A DNA stretch of 63,194 nucleotides, from contig JAGVWT010000001.1 of assembly GCA_018304175.1 (NCBI GenBank), positions 1 through 63,194 of the forward strand, in the 5' to 3' direction. Positions within the stretch are counted from its first letter, which is position 1, and every line of letters begins with the position of its first letter. Source of the DNA: Candidatus Pacearchaeota archaeon. GTDB taxonomy: Archaea > Nanobdellota > Nanobdellia > Pacearchaeales > GW2011-AR1. Shown here one piece after another: positions 33,506 to 43,400 of this stretch. A program made the position numbers and the translations under genes. The notes beneath the pieces were generated by a model. That model was not told the origin of the DNA. It saw nothing but the letters and a program-made list of their open reading frames with translations, and made no database searches.

Positions 33506-34942
33506 ATGGATTTAAAAAACATTTTAACATACATCCCAGAAGTAAAAAAACCAGACGAAAAAAAACTTAGTTTCGGCGTCAAATTCAAGTGGACTTTAAT
33601 TGTGCTTATTTCTTTTTTTGTCCTTGCGAATATTCCTCTTTTTGGATTATCAGGCAACGCTTTAGCTAGATTTGAATATTTAGCAATAATCCTTGGGACA
33701 GAATTTGGAAGTATAATTTCCCTTGGTGTTGGTCCAATTGTTATGGCTTCTATTATCTTGCAGTTATTAACTGGTTCCAGAATTATGGATATTGACACAA
33801 CAACAGAAGAAGGAAAAAAATTCTTCCAGGGAATACAAAAATTACTTATTTTGTTCTTTATAGTATTTGAAGCATTTGTCTACGTTATGATGCAAGGACT
33901 TCAGGCAGCTTCCGGATTTACAGCTATTGTTATATTGCAGCTTATTTTAGGTGGGTTGGCTATATTTTATATGGACGGGCTTACCAGTAAATGGGGATTC
34001 GGTTCAGGAGTAAGTTTATTCATTGGTGCTGGAGTTAGCTGGAGATTAATGACAAGTGCATTCCAATTCGTGAACCAGCAAGGAGAAAACTGTCTCGTTA
34101 ATTTCGCGAATGTTGCGTGTTCTGGAAAAGTTTTTGTTTTGATACAGGCAATAATGAACAGGTTCACAATTGAATTCATGTCTGCTTTTGCCGCAATTCT
34201 TGTTACAATACTTATATTTGTCTTAGTTGTCTGGGCACAATCAATGAAAGTTGAGATTCCTCTATCTTTTGGAAGAATAAGAGGATATGGAATAAAGTAT
34301 CCTTTACAATTTTTCTACACCTCAGTTATTCCAGTTATCTTAACGGCTGCGCTCGTCGCGAACTTACAGCTTTTTGCAGGAATGTTTGAAAATGCAGCAG
34401 CACCGTGTTTATCAAGTGGAGTTGAATGCACTGGAATGGCAAAATTCGCATCATATTTCAGCTTCTTGGGAAGTTTTGTCGAGGGCGTACCGGTAGGAGG
34501 ATTAGCATTTTGGATTGGTTCAACAAACCTTTTAGATTTAATAATAAGGGGAGGATTCCTACCAATTTATTTGCTTCAAGGATTTTTCCATATAGCATTT
34601 TTTGTTTTCTTCTCAACACTATTTGCAGTGTTTTGGGTTAAAACATCTGGAATGGATGCAAAATCCCAAGCACATAAAGTTGCTGCTTCTGGTTTGCACA
34701 TTACAGGATTCAGACAGGATGAAAGAGTCCTTGAAAGTATTTTTGAGAGATACATAATGCCTTTAACAGTGATGGGAGGAATAGCAATAGGACTTTTGGC
34801 GTCGGTGACTGACTTGTTAGGAGCTTTAGTTTCTGGAACTGCAATTCTGCTTGTAATAATGATTATGTATCAATTCTTCCAGAACATCGCAAAGCATCAA
34901 GCAGAAATGAATCCTGCAATGAGAAAAGTTTTTGGTGGTTAA
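33506..34942 (+). CDS. secY: protein translocase subunit SecY
   Basis: LG.GPIV.ASII.QLL.G; KWG.GSG.SLFI; YP..FFYTSVIP.IL; GT.ILL. Confidence 0.97.
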   Translation: MDLKNILTYIPEVKKPDEKKLSFGVKFKWTLIVLISFFVLANIPLFGLSGNALARFEYLAIILGTEFGSIISLGVGPIVMASIILQLLTGSRIMDIDTTTEEGKKFFQGIQKLLILFFIVFEAFVYVMMQGLQAASGFTAIVILQLILGGLAIFYMDGLTSKWGFGSGVSLFIGAGVSWRLMTSAFQFVNQQGENCLVNFANVACSGKVFVLIQAIMNRFTIEFMSAFAAILVTILIFVLVVWAQSMKVEIPLSFGRIRGYGIKYPLQFFYTSVIPVILTAALVANLQLFAGMFENAAAPCLSSGVECTGMAKFASYFSFLGSFVEGVPVGGLAFWIGSTNLLDLIIRGGFLPIYLLQGFFHIAFFVFFSTLFAVFWVKTSGMDAKSQAHKVAASGLHITGFRQDERVLESIFERYIMPLTVMGGIAIGLLASVTDLLGALVSGTAILLVIMIMYQFFQNIAKHQAEMNPAMRKVFGG

Positions 34943-35008
34943 ATAGTTTTAAAAACAACTTTTACTTTTTTAAAAAATGATAAAAATAAAATTAGGAGAA
35001 TTTGAAAA

Positions 35009-35410
35009 ATGATAAAAGAATTAATGATTGCATACCCCATTTACAGTGTTATTATTGCTGGTTTTCTTATCACACTAGCAATGACTTTGGTTACAAAATA
35101 TTTTACAGACCAAAAAAGAATGAAAGAGCTCAGAACAGGACAGAAAGAGCTTCAAAAAAATCTTAGAGAGAGAAAAGGTGATATAAAGGCGCAAGAAAAA
35201 ATCAACAAGGACATGATGAATATGACTTTTGAAATGATGAAACACTCTTTCAAACCTTTAATTATAACTGCCATTCCAATAATCTTATTAATTTGGTGGT
35301 TAAAGGGAGTTTATATAGATACTACACTAGGAAGTTCTTGGATTTGGTGGTATATAGGCTCTGCAATTATTTCCAGCATAGTATTAAGGAAAGTTTTAGA
35401 CGTCGCTTAG
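35009..35410 (+). CDS. DUF106 / EMC3-TMCO1 (Oxa1 superfamily) membrane protein
   Basis: TM-coiled coil-TM-TM architecture; FKP..IT.IP; W..WY; follows secY. Confidence 0.88.
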   Translation: MIKELMIAYPIYSVIIAGFLITLAMTLVTKYFTDQKRMKELRTGQKELQKNLRERKGDIKAQEKINKDMMNMTFEMMKHSFKPLIITAIPIILLIWWLKGVYIDTTLGSSWIWWYIGSAIISSIVLRKVLDVA

Positions 35411-35459
35411 CTTTAATAAAAACCTGAAAATTTAAAAGCCCTTTTTTGTTGGTTCTTTT

Positions 35460-35873
35460 ATGGATAAGGAAAAGAAAAGTTTAGAAGTTGAAAAACAAAA
35501 AGAGCAAGAGAATTTATTCAAGTTAAGTTTGTTTGAACAGCAATTAAGGCAGATGCATGAACAGATTGAAGCAGTTGAATCAGGAATAAAAGAGCTTAAT
35601 TTACTAAGTGAAGGCTTAAAAGAACTGGTAAAGTCCGGGGGAAAGGAGATATATGCCCCAATTGGAAGAGGAATTTTTATCAAGTCAAAAATTTTATCTG
35701 AGGAACTTTTAGTGGATGTTGGAAATAAAAATCTCGTTAAAAAAGACATACCAAAAACGCAGGAACTAATTAAAATTCAAATTGAAAAGCTTGAAGAAAT
35801 AAAAAAAGAAATTGATGCTAATCTAGATTCGGTAAGCAAGGAAGTTGAGAGATTAATCCATGGTATTAACTAA
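35460..35873 (+). CDS. pfdA: prefoldin subunit alpha
   Basis: Coiled coils flanking EIYAPIGRGIFIK...LLVDVGNKNLVKK. Confidence 0.92.
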   Translation: MDKEKKSLEVEKQKEQENLFKLSLFEQQLRQMHEQIEAVESGIKELNLLSEGLKELVKSGGKEIYAPIGRGIFIKSKILSEELLVDVGNKNLVKKDIPKTQELIKIQIEKLEEIKKEIDANLDSVSKEVERLIHGIN

Positions 35874-36678
35874 CTTTTTTCAAAAAAGAATTGTAGCTTA
35901 AAACTCCATATTCAGATATTATGGCTTTTATGTATTTCTTTGGAACAAATTCAAATGCAGGATTTTTAATTTTCACATTTTTTGGAGCTTTATCCCATAT
36001 TTCATTCAAAGACCTTTGTTCTATGAGAATTTTTTCTTTTGTGAATTTCCAAGAATCAGCCACAACATAAAAAGGGATTTTTTCATCCATGGCAACCCTA
36101 GCAACAATTTCAGAACCGACTTTATTAATCACACCACTTTTTAATAGCGCATCTGCTCCAATAAATACTGCATTTACTTTTTTTGCGCCCTGCTCTCCTG
36201 ATAATGCAACCCCTATAGCAGAATCAACAAACATAGTCGACTTTATACCGGCGTTTCTTAATTCTCTCGCAGTTTTCCTTCCTTGATACAAAGGTCTAGT
36301 CTCTGTGAGATAGACTTCAAATTTTTTCCTTTTTTTGTGAGCATAAATAAGTGCATTAGAAACATTTGTCGAATGACAATGAGTGAAAACCACGGAGTTT
36401 TTTCTTATTAATTTTAAGACAAATTTATTTATTTTTTCTTGTGTTGAATCAAAGTGATTTAAAATTTCTTTTTCAGTGTAAGTGCCAGTCATATCAAGGA
36501 CATTTTGCATCATCGGTTCTGTAGGTCTTGAATTAAAAAGGATTTTTTTTGCCTTTTTTGAAGGAACCAAAAAATAAGCTTTGATTGCTGCTTCTGCTAT
36601 GTTTCTAGCACCCTGAATTTTAACACTTTTTATATCTTTGACAATTTTGTTGAATTTTTTTTCTTTATGGTTCATCAT
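35866..36678 (-). CDS. ribose-1,5-bisphosphate isomerase (eIF-2B alpha/beta/delta family)
   Basis: IQGARNIA, SRPTEP, THCHS (catalytic Cys position), ETRP, GAD, NKVGS; real start about 36678, since the ORF-track extension overlaps the opposite gene. Confidence 0.82.
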   Translation of the reverse strand: MMNHKEKKFNKIVKDIKSVKIQGARNIAEAAIKAYFLVPSKKAKKILFNSRPTEPMMQNVLDMTGTYTEKEILNHFDSTQEKINKFVLKLIRKNSVVFTHCHSTNVSNALIYAHKKRKKFEVYLTETRPLYQGRKTARELRNAGIKSTMFVDSAIGVALSGEQGAKKVNAVFIGADALLKSGVINKVGSEIVARVAMDEKIPFYVVADSWKFTKEKILIEQRSLNEIWDKAPKNVKIKNPAFEFVPKKYIKAIISEYGVLSYNSFLKKVS

Positions 36679-36740
36679 TTCTTGAAAAAGGCGCGAACAT
36701 TTAAAAATTCTCTTTTTCTCATAGAACGATGCTAGAATCC

Positions 36741-37595
36741 ATGGTGAATCCAAAGAGATTGGAAAAAGGGCCATTAAAAATGCTTTTTGTTGGAATAGTC
36801 TACGCTTCATTATCTCTGCTTTTAGTAAAATGGTTTTTTTCTGGAGATACAGTATTGTATGAATATGCAGGAATGCTCGTAGTAACTTTCTCTGTCTTAT
36901 TTTCATTGCCTTTCATGTATTTCCTTATAAGAAATCAGGAAGATTTAGACGAACATGTTGGGGGATTTTTTGGTGTTTGGAAAATGCATAAAGATGCAAT
37001 TTTTGCTTTCATGTGGCTTTTCCTTGGTTTTGTAATTGCATTTTCATTTTGGAATATTGTTTTGCAGGATGAAAATTTATTCAATGCACAAATTGAGACC
37101 TATTGCATGATAAACAATCCTGGAAGCATTGAAGATTGTGTTTCAAAATATTCTATCGGAGAGTTAAATACTGACAGTTTGACTGGATCTACAACAAATG
37201 AAACAAGATTTATTTCTATAATAAGTAATAATATCTACGTTATGATTTTTACTTTGATATTCTCGCTCATATTTGGCGCTGGAGCAATTTTTATTTTGTC
37301 ATGGAATGCTAGCGTTATAGCTACAGCGATAGGGATATTTACGAAATACCAAATAACAGGAATCCCAATAGGCATCGCAAGGTATATGATTCATGGAATT
37401 CCCGAGATAGCTGCATACTTTGTCACTGCTTTGGCAGGTGGAATGTTTGGTGTTGGAATATTAAGGCATGGAGTAAGAAACAAAATTTTCTTAAGGATTG
37501 TTGAAAATACAGTTATACTTATTTTCATAGCGATGATATTTCTTCTTTTAGCAGGAGTGATTGAAGTTTACATAACTCCTTTTATATTTGGATAA
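36741..37595 (+). CDS. SpoIIM-like (DUF95) membrane protein
   Basis: I..NN..V...; FG.G...IL.WNASVI; HGIPEI.AY...ALAGG; LAG.IE.YITP. Confidence 0.85.
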   Translation: MVNPKRLEKGPLKMLFVGIVYASLSLLLVKWFFSGDTVLYEYAGMLVVTFSVLFSLPFMYFLIRNQEDLDEHVGGFFGVWKMHKDAIFAFMWLFLGFVIAFSFWNIVLQDENLFNAQIETYCMINNPGSIEDCVSKYSIGELNTDSLTGSTTNETRFISIISNNIYVMIFTLIFSLIFGAGAIFILSWNASVIATAIGIFTKYQITGIPIGIARYMIHGIPEIAAYFVTALAGGMFGVGILRHGVRNKIFLRIVENTVILIFIAMIFLLLAGVIEVYITPFIFG

Positions 37596-37647
37596 TTTTT
37601 CAGTTAAGTTTCATAAGTTTTAAAAGTAACAAAGCACAAAATAACAC

Positions 37648-38655
37648 ATGGAGTTTATAACATTACTTCCAATTATAGTAAGTTTTTTTGTAACTTTTTT
37701 CTTTATACCTCTTTGGATTAAAAAGGCGAGGGCAAGAGGTTTTTTATGGAAAGATATGAATAAATACGAAAGCAAAGAAAATGTTGCGGCTTCTGGAGGA
37801 ATCGTTGTAGTTTTATCGTTTGTCTTGGGAATTTTAATTTACATTGGAGTAAAATCTTTCTTAACAGAATCACAAGATTTCACAATAATAAGTATGTTTG
37901 CATTGTTGACTGTGATTCTTATTCTAACAATCATTGGAGTTATTGATGATTTATGGGGTTGGACTACAGGAGGCATGTCTAAAAAATGGAGATTAATCTT
38001 GGCTTTGTTTGCCTCAATACCAATAATTGTGATTAATGTTGGAGAATCAACAATGAATCTTCCTTTTTTTGGGGTTGTTCACTTTGGAATTTTTTATCCT
38101 TTGTTCCTTATTCCCTTAGGAATTGTTGGAGCAACTACAACATATAATTTTCTTGCCGGATTTAATGGATTGGAAACAAGCCAGGGAATTTTAATTTTAA
38201 CCTTCTTATCTTTTGTTGCATACATAACAGGTTCTGCATGGCTGTCTGTCGTCGGTATGACTATGGTTGCCTCGCTGATTGCATTTTATATTTTTAATAA
38301 ATATCCCGCAAAAGTTTTTCCTGGAGATTCTTTAACATGGAGTGTTGGGGCATTAATTGCAATAATGGCAATTCTTGGAAACTTCGAAAAAATCGCTACA
38401 TTTGTTTTCATACCTTATTTCATAGAAACGGCTTTAAAATCCAGGGGAAAATTGGAAAAACAATCATTCGGAAAGCCGAATAAAGACAATAGTCTTGAAT
38501 TAAAGTATAATAAAATTTACGGGCTTACACACTTAAGCATTTATATATTAAAAAAAATAAAACCTAGCAAAAAAGTTTATGAAAAGGATGTTGTTTATTT
38601 AATAAACGTTTTTCAGTTGTTAATTATCCTAATTGCATTTGTGATATTTTTGTGA
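37648..38655 (+). CDS. aglH: UDP-GlcNAc:polyprenyl-phosphate GlcNAc-1-P transferase (AglH/GPT, MraY-like)
   Basis: IGVIDDL, NFLAGFNGLE, YPAKVFPGDSLT; about 10 TM; adjacent to aglB. Confidence 0.85.
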   Translation: MEFITLLPIIVSFFVTFFFIPLWIKKARARGFLWKDMNKYESKENVAASGGIVVVLSFVLGILIYIGVKSFLTESQDFTIISMFALLTVILILTIIGVIDDLWGWTTGGMSKKWRLILALFASIPIIVINVGESTMNLPFFGVVHFGIFYPLFLIPLGIVGATTTYNFLAGFNGLETSQGILILTFLSFVAYITGSAWLSVVGMTMVASLIAFYIFNKYPAKVFPGDSLTWSVGALIAIMAILGNFEKIATFVFIPYFIETALKSRGKLEKQSFGKPNKDNSLELKYNKIYGLTHLSIYILKKIKPSKKVYEKDVVYLINVFQLLIILIAFVIFL

Positions 38656-38689
38656 ACACTAACTTTTTAAAGAAAACCCTGTTATTTAA

Positions 38690-41392
38690 ATGATGTCTGA
38701 TAATTTGATAAAATTCAAGTTTAATGAGAATTGGCAAAACAACAAATTGTGGATTTACATATCACTAGCATTACTTGTCTTAATAGTAATTCTTGGCACT
38801 TATATAAGGACAACAAACATTGATGATTTGAAGAGTTCTATCACTGGAGAATATGTATTGGGTCCTGACTTGGATCCTTTCTTGTTCCTTAGAGTTGCTG
38901 GAGAAATAGTTGAACATGGTGAACCATTGAAACCAGACTATATGAGATACTTAGGAATGGCTAATCCTTACTATAATTTCGTGCCTTTTGGTATTGCGTA
39001 CTTGTATAAATTTCTAAATTTGTTTTCTGGCGATATAACATTAGAATATGTTGCAATAATCTTTCCTGTGATTTTTTTTGGATTAAGTATTGTTTCATTT
39101 TTCTTTTTAGTCAGAGAAATATTTCACAATAGAGAAGAATTTCAGAAAGATGCTATTGCTGTTATCGCTTCGGGGCTTTATTCAGTCATGCCTGTTTTGC
39201 AACATAGGACGACCGCGGGAATACCTGAATTAGAGAGTGCAGGATTATTTTTCTTTTGGCTTTCGTTTTTCCTTTTTTTGAAAGCCTGGAATAACAAAAA
39301 AAAGATTTTAAAGATTGATAAAAGTTATTTGTTTGGTTTGGGAGCTGGAATTTCAACCTGTCTTATGGTATTCACATGGGGAGGATTCAGATTTATTTTT
39401 ATATCCATAGCTTTTGCAGTTTTTGTAGCATTTTTCTTCGGAAAAGTTGGTAATAAAGAAACTGTGATTTATTCTTTGTGGTTTATACCTTCGGTTTTTT
39501 TCTTTTCATATATTTATGGTGGGAGTTTTTTTGATTTGACTGGTCCAATAATACCAGTATTTGTTTTTCTAATGTTGATAATTAATGTTTTTATTGGCGA
39601 AAAGCTTGAAAAAAAAGCTAAAGAATTAACCAAAAGGAAATGGATGAGTAAAGAAGTAATTGTTTTTATTTTAACAATACTTTTGGGATTTATTTCTGCA
39701 TTGATACTAAACCCTGATTTTGCATTAGGGATTTTTGCAGATTTGGGAAAACAATTGTTAAATCCTCTTGGAACTAGTAGAATAGGATCAACAGTAGCCG
39801 AAAATAAAGCGCTTTACCTAACAGACCTATTTTCTAGTTTAGGTAAGAGTTTTTTTTGGATGTTCTTTTTTGGAGCAATATTATTATTTTATGAAGCAGT
39901 AAAACATTTAGAAAAAAAGGAAAAAGCAATCTTAACAGGTTCATTTATCTTATTTATTACAGGATTTATTTTTTCAAAGTATTCTTCAGACAGTGTTTTC
40001 AATGGAGAAAATTTCATAAGTCAAACAATTTATTTCGGCTCAATTATTGTTTTAGTCGGGTCTTTTGTATATGTCTATTTAAAAAATCTAGACGCCAAAG
40101 AGAAACTTGATAAATTCAGAGAAATAGAATTTTCATATTTTTTTGTGTTCGCTTTGTTGATATTAATGATGGTCGCTTCGAGAAGCATAATAAGGTTAAT
40201 TTTGATATCTTCTCCTGTTTTTATAATTCCGGCGGCATTTTTACCAGTTATATTGTTGAATTATAATCTAAAAACAAAAGACGAATTCTGGAAAATTTGT
40301 TTTTTGTTAATATTATTGGTTAGTTTGTTTTACACAGGGATTACCTTTAATAATTATGAAGAGGCAACTGCTCTTTCGGTTAAGTCTACTATTCCAAATC
40401 AGTATTATACCCAGTGGGAAAAAGCAATGTTTTGGGTTCGCGAAAATACTCCTGAAAAATCAATATTTGTCCACTGGTGGGATTATGGATATTGGGTACA
40501 AACAATAGGTCAAAGACCGACGGTAACTGATGGCGGACATTCGATAAAACACTGGGACCATTTAACAGGAAGGTATTTACTCACAACTCCAAATCCTGAA
40601 ACAGCTTTGAGTTTGATGAAAACATACAATGTTTCATATCTACTTATTGATTCTACAGATTTAGGAAAATATCCTGCATACAGCTCAATAGGAAGTGATG
40701 AAAACGGAAGGGATAGATTGTCAAATATACCATTAATCCCTCTTTTCGATACCCAAGAAACAGATACAGGTACTTTAAAAGTTTATCAAGGCGGGACATC
40801 TGTCGATGAAGATATGTTTTATGAATATTCTGGTAAGGAGATATTTCTTCCGGAAGGAAAAGCGATAATGGCAGGAGTTTTAATTGAGATGACTGATGAT
40901 GAATCTAACGAGTTTAGTGAATTTTCGCAGCCAATAGGAGCATTTGTGTATAACAACCAGCAATTCAATATTCCACTAAGATATATGTATTTCAATGAGG
41001 AATTAGTTGACTTTGGCGGAGGACTTGATGCAACTGTTATAATAATGCCGACGATAAATCAAAATGGTGAACAAATTAACATAGATGGACTTGGAATGGT
41101 TATATATTTGTCTCAAAAAGTTTCGAAAAGTTTGTTTGCACAGCTTTATTTGCTTGATGATAGCTTTGAGAACTATGATACTGTAAAATTAGTCCACTCA
41201 GAAGAAGACCCATTAATTGTCAGCTTAAATTCTCAGGGGGCTAACATAAAGGACTTCGTATATTTTGGAGGATTTAGGGGACCCATAAAAATCTGGGAAG
41301 TTTCTTATCCAGATAATATTTTAGAGAAAGAAGAATTCTTAAAAAAGGCTGGGAATTACGCTGAGTTGGATGATTTTGTTTTTGTAAAATAG
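38690..41392 (+). CDS. aglB: oligosaccharyltransferase AglB (STT3)
   Basis: DLDP, STVAE (TIXE-like), WWDYG, DLGK (DK motif); about 13 TM plus a soluble C-terminal domain. Confidence 0.96.
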   Translation: MMSDNLIKFKFNENWQNNKLWIYISLALLVLIVILGTYIRTTNIDDLKSSITGEYVLGPDLDPFLFLRVAGEIVEHGEPLKPDYMRYLGMANPYYNFVPFGIAYLYKFLNLFSGDITLEYVAIIFPVIFFGLSIVSFFFLVREIFHNREEFQKDAIAVIASGLYSVMPVLQHRTTAGIPELESAGLFFFWLSFFLFLKAWNNKKKILKIDKSYLFGLGAGISTCLMVFTWGGFRFIFISIAFAVFVAFFFGKVGNKETVIYSLWFIPSVFFFSYIYGGSFFDLTGPIIPVFVFLMLIINVFIGEKLEKKAKELTKRKWMSKEVIVFILTILLGFISALILNPDFALGIFADLGKQLLNPLGTSRIGSTVAENKALYLTDLFSSLGKSFFWMFFFGAILLFYEAVKHLEKKEKAILTGSFILFITGFIFSKYSSDSVFNGENFISQTIYFGSIIVLVGSFVYVYLKNLDAKEKLDKFREIEFSYFFVFALLILMMVASRSIIRLILISSPVFIIPAAFLPVILLNYNLKTKDEFWKICFLLILLVSLFYTGITFNNYEEATALSVKSTIPNQYYTQWEKAMFWVRENTPEKSIFVHWWDYGYWVQTIGQRPTVTDGGHSIKHWDHLTGRYLLTTPNPETALSLMKTYNVSYLLIDSTDLGKYPAYSSIGSDENGRDRLSNIPLIPLFDTQETDTGTLKVYQGGTSVDEDMFYEYSGKEIFLPEGKAIMAGVLIEMTDDESNEFSEFSQPIGAFVYNNQQFNIPLRYMYFNEELVDFGGGLDATVIIMPTINQNGEQINIDGLGMVIYLSQKVSKSLFAQLYLLDDSFENYDTVKLVHSEEDPLIVSLNSQGANIKDFVYFGGFRGPIKIWEVSYPDNILEKEEFLKKAGNYAELDDFVFVK

Positions 41393-41446
41393 TAATTTCT
41401 GAAACACGTGTTTGAATTCCATAATCTTTAAAACATAACACCTTCT

Positions 41447-42505
41447 ATGAAAAATATGAGGATAGCGTTTGTCAATGATACTTTTATCGAGGGAAATGGA
41501 GTAAGTACTGTAATTTATGAGCTAGCAAGAAGATTGGGAAAAATTCATGATGTTTTTATTATCGCTCCTGAAATTGACATGCCGGAAGATAATTTTAAGA
41601 TAATAAAAATCAAAGGTAGAAAATTGTTGTCTAGTAATTCTTTAAATGACTCAATACAATATTTTCCAAATTTAATCAGGTTAAGAAAAGAAATATTGAA
41701 TTTGCATAAGAAATACAATTTTGATATTTTTAATGTTCATCACTCATCATTAAATCCCGCATTTTTTAGTTTGCCTTCAGTTATTACATGGCATGGATCT
41801 CCATTTTCCAAAAATATTTTTAGGGTTTATCTTAATAAAGCAATACTTTTAACCCTTAGAAAAAAACCAGTTTCTCTTGTAATTTCTGATTATATGAAGG
41901 AAAACCTATCAAAAATAATTCATAGAGACAAAATAAAAGTTGTTTACAATGGGGTTAGTGAAGAATTCAATCCAAAAAAGAAAGATAAGAAATTTATGCT
42001 TTTTGTAGGGCGTCTTGAAAATCACAAATCAGTGCATGAGTTAATCAGGTTAAGTAAGGAAATTAATTTTCCAATATACATAGTCGGTTCTGGGCCATTA
42101 GAACCTAAATTAAAGAATTATGCAAAACTAATTAACGCAGATAAAGTATCTTTTCTTGGGAAAATATCTAAAAAAGAATTAATTAAAAATTATCAAGAAT
42201 GCAGTTTTTTCATTTCTGCCTCAAAATGGGAGGGTTTTGGGCTTATTTTTATAGAGGCTGCTGCTTGCAGAAAACCTTCAATAGGGTATAAAAGAGGATC
42301 AATTTCTGAAGTTATTTTAAATGAAAAAACAGGTTTTCTGGTTGATAACTATGACAACCTAAAAGAAAAAGCAGTTTTATTGATAAACAATAAAAAATTA
42401 AGAGAAAAAATGGGAAAAGAAGCATTAAGATATTCAAAAAAATTTAGCTGGGAAAATTCCGCCAAAGAATATGAAAAAATATTCAAGAGTATTTCTTCTG
42501 CTTGA
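41447..42505 (+). CDS. GT4 family glycosyltransferase
   Basis: FVGRLENHKS; SKWEGFGLIFIEAAAC (EX7E). Confidence 0.92.
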   Translation: MKNMRIAFVNDTFIEGNGVSTVIYELARRLGKIHDVFIIAPEIDMPEDNFKIIKIKGRKLLSSNSLNDSIQYFPNLIRLRKEILNLHKKYNFDIFNVHHSSLNPAFFSLPSVITWHGSPFSKNIFRVYLNKAILLTLRKKPVSLVISDYMKENLSKIIHRDKIKVVYNGVSEEFNPKKKDKKFMLFVGRLENHKSVHELIRLSKEINFPIYIVGSGPLEPKLKNYAKLINADKVSFLGKISKKELIKNYQECSFFISASKWEGFGLIFIEAAACRKPSIGYKRGSISEVILNEKTGFLVDNYDNLKEKAVLLINNKKLREKMGKEALRYSKKFSWENSAKEYEKIFKSISSA

Positions 42506-43328
42506 TTTTCTCTTTGTGAATTAAATAGCCAAGATAGATGTTATAAATAAAAGTTTTCGCTACGACATTAAAACCTTTATTTCCTTCTTTCCAAGCTCCT
42601 TCGTAAAACATTTGTTTGAAAAAAACCAATAAGGCATATATTGTATTGTTTATAACAGGCAACTTTGTTCTGATTTTTATTTTCAATGGAAAGTTTTTTT
42701 TATCATACTGAAATGTTGGGAATTCTTTAAAATCTTTTAGAAGATTTTTTGCCTGACTTGGAGCATATCTTTTCATAACCTTTTCTCTAAAACCCTTAAA
42801 ACCAACATCCTGATTTTCTTTTGGTTTGTGAATTATTATGTAATTTGTTTTTTTGACCTTTCCTGAAGAAACATTTAGTGTCATATCAAACCCTGGAAAA
42901 CCAAGGTAAGAAATTTTTGATTTTCTCGCCAATGCAACTTTTCTCGGCCAAGTTTTTGTAACAGATTTTTTTCCATCCCAAAGAGGATGAATAAAGCTAT
43001 ATGCATCTATTTCATTATTTTGAATTAATTTTCTTATGTTTTTTCTTAGTTCATCAGAGAGGGATTCGTCGTCGTCTAATTTTAGAACCCATTCATACTT
43101 TGCTTTTCGCAAACCAAAGGCAAATGGAAATACACTACGACCTTTTCTTTTAGGAAGAGAATAAACCTTTTTTGTGAACTTTCTTGCGATTTTCAGTGTA
43201 TTATCGCTACAGGGGCCATCATGAACAACAATAATTTCATCAACAATTCCTTTAATACTTTCAAAAGTTTCTTTTATGGTTTTCTCGCCGTGATAAACAG
43301 GGATTACTGCAGATATTCTGTTTTGCAT
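42483..43328 (-). CDS. GT2 family glycosyltransferase
   Basis: ISAVIPVYHGE; IIVVHDG..DNT; WVLKLDDDE. Confidence 0.9.
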   Translation of the reverse strand: MQNRISAVIPVYHGEKTIKETFESIKGIVDEIIVVHDGPCSDNTLKIARKFTKKVYSLPKRKGRSVFPFAFGLRKAKYEWVLKLDDDESLSDELRKNIRKLIQNNEIDAYSFIHPLWDGKKSVTKTWPRKVALARKSKISYLGFPGFDMTLNVSSGKVKKTNYIIIHKPKENQDVGFKGFREKVMKRYAPSQAKNLLKDFKEFPTFQYDKKNFPLKIKIRTKLPVINNTIYALLVFFKQMFYEGAWKEGNKGFNVVAKTFIYNIYLGYLIHKEKIKQKKYS

Positions 43329-43400
43329 TTTTAAAACAGAAGAAAGTGGTTTATAAATTTCGTGAAAGTGAGAGACAAGTATTTTAAAAGGATTGGCTAG

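Noticed and set aside
20461-35000. Long poly-A runs in ribosomal protein genes as programmed frameshift or phase-variation sites
   Set aside because: All frames are intact, and the runs are explained by AAA Lys codons.
36679-36906. N-terminal 76-aa extension of the R15P isomerase ORF in the track
   Set aside because: It overlaps the divergent SpoIIM-like gene and the shared promoter; homology begins near 36678.
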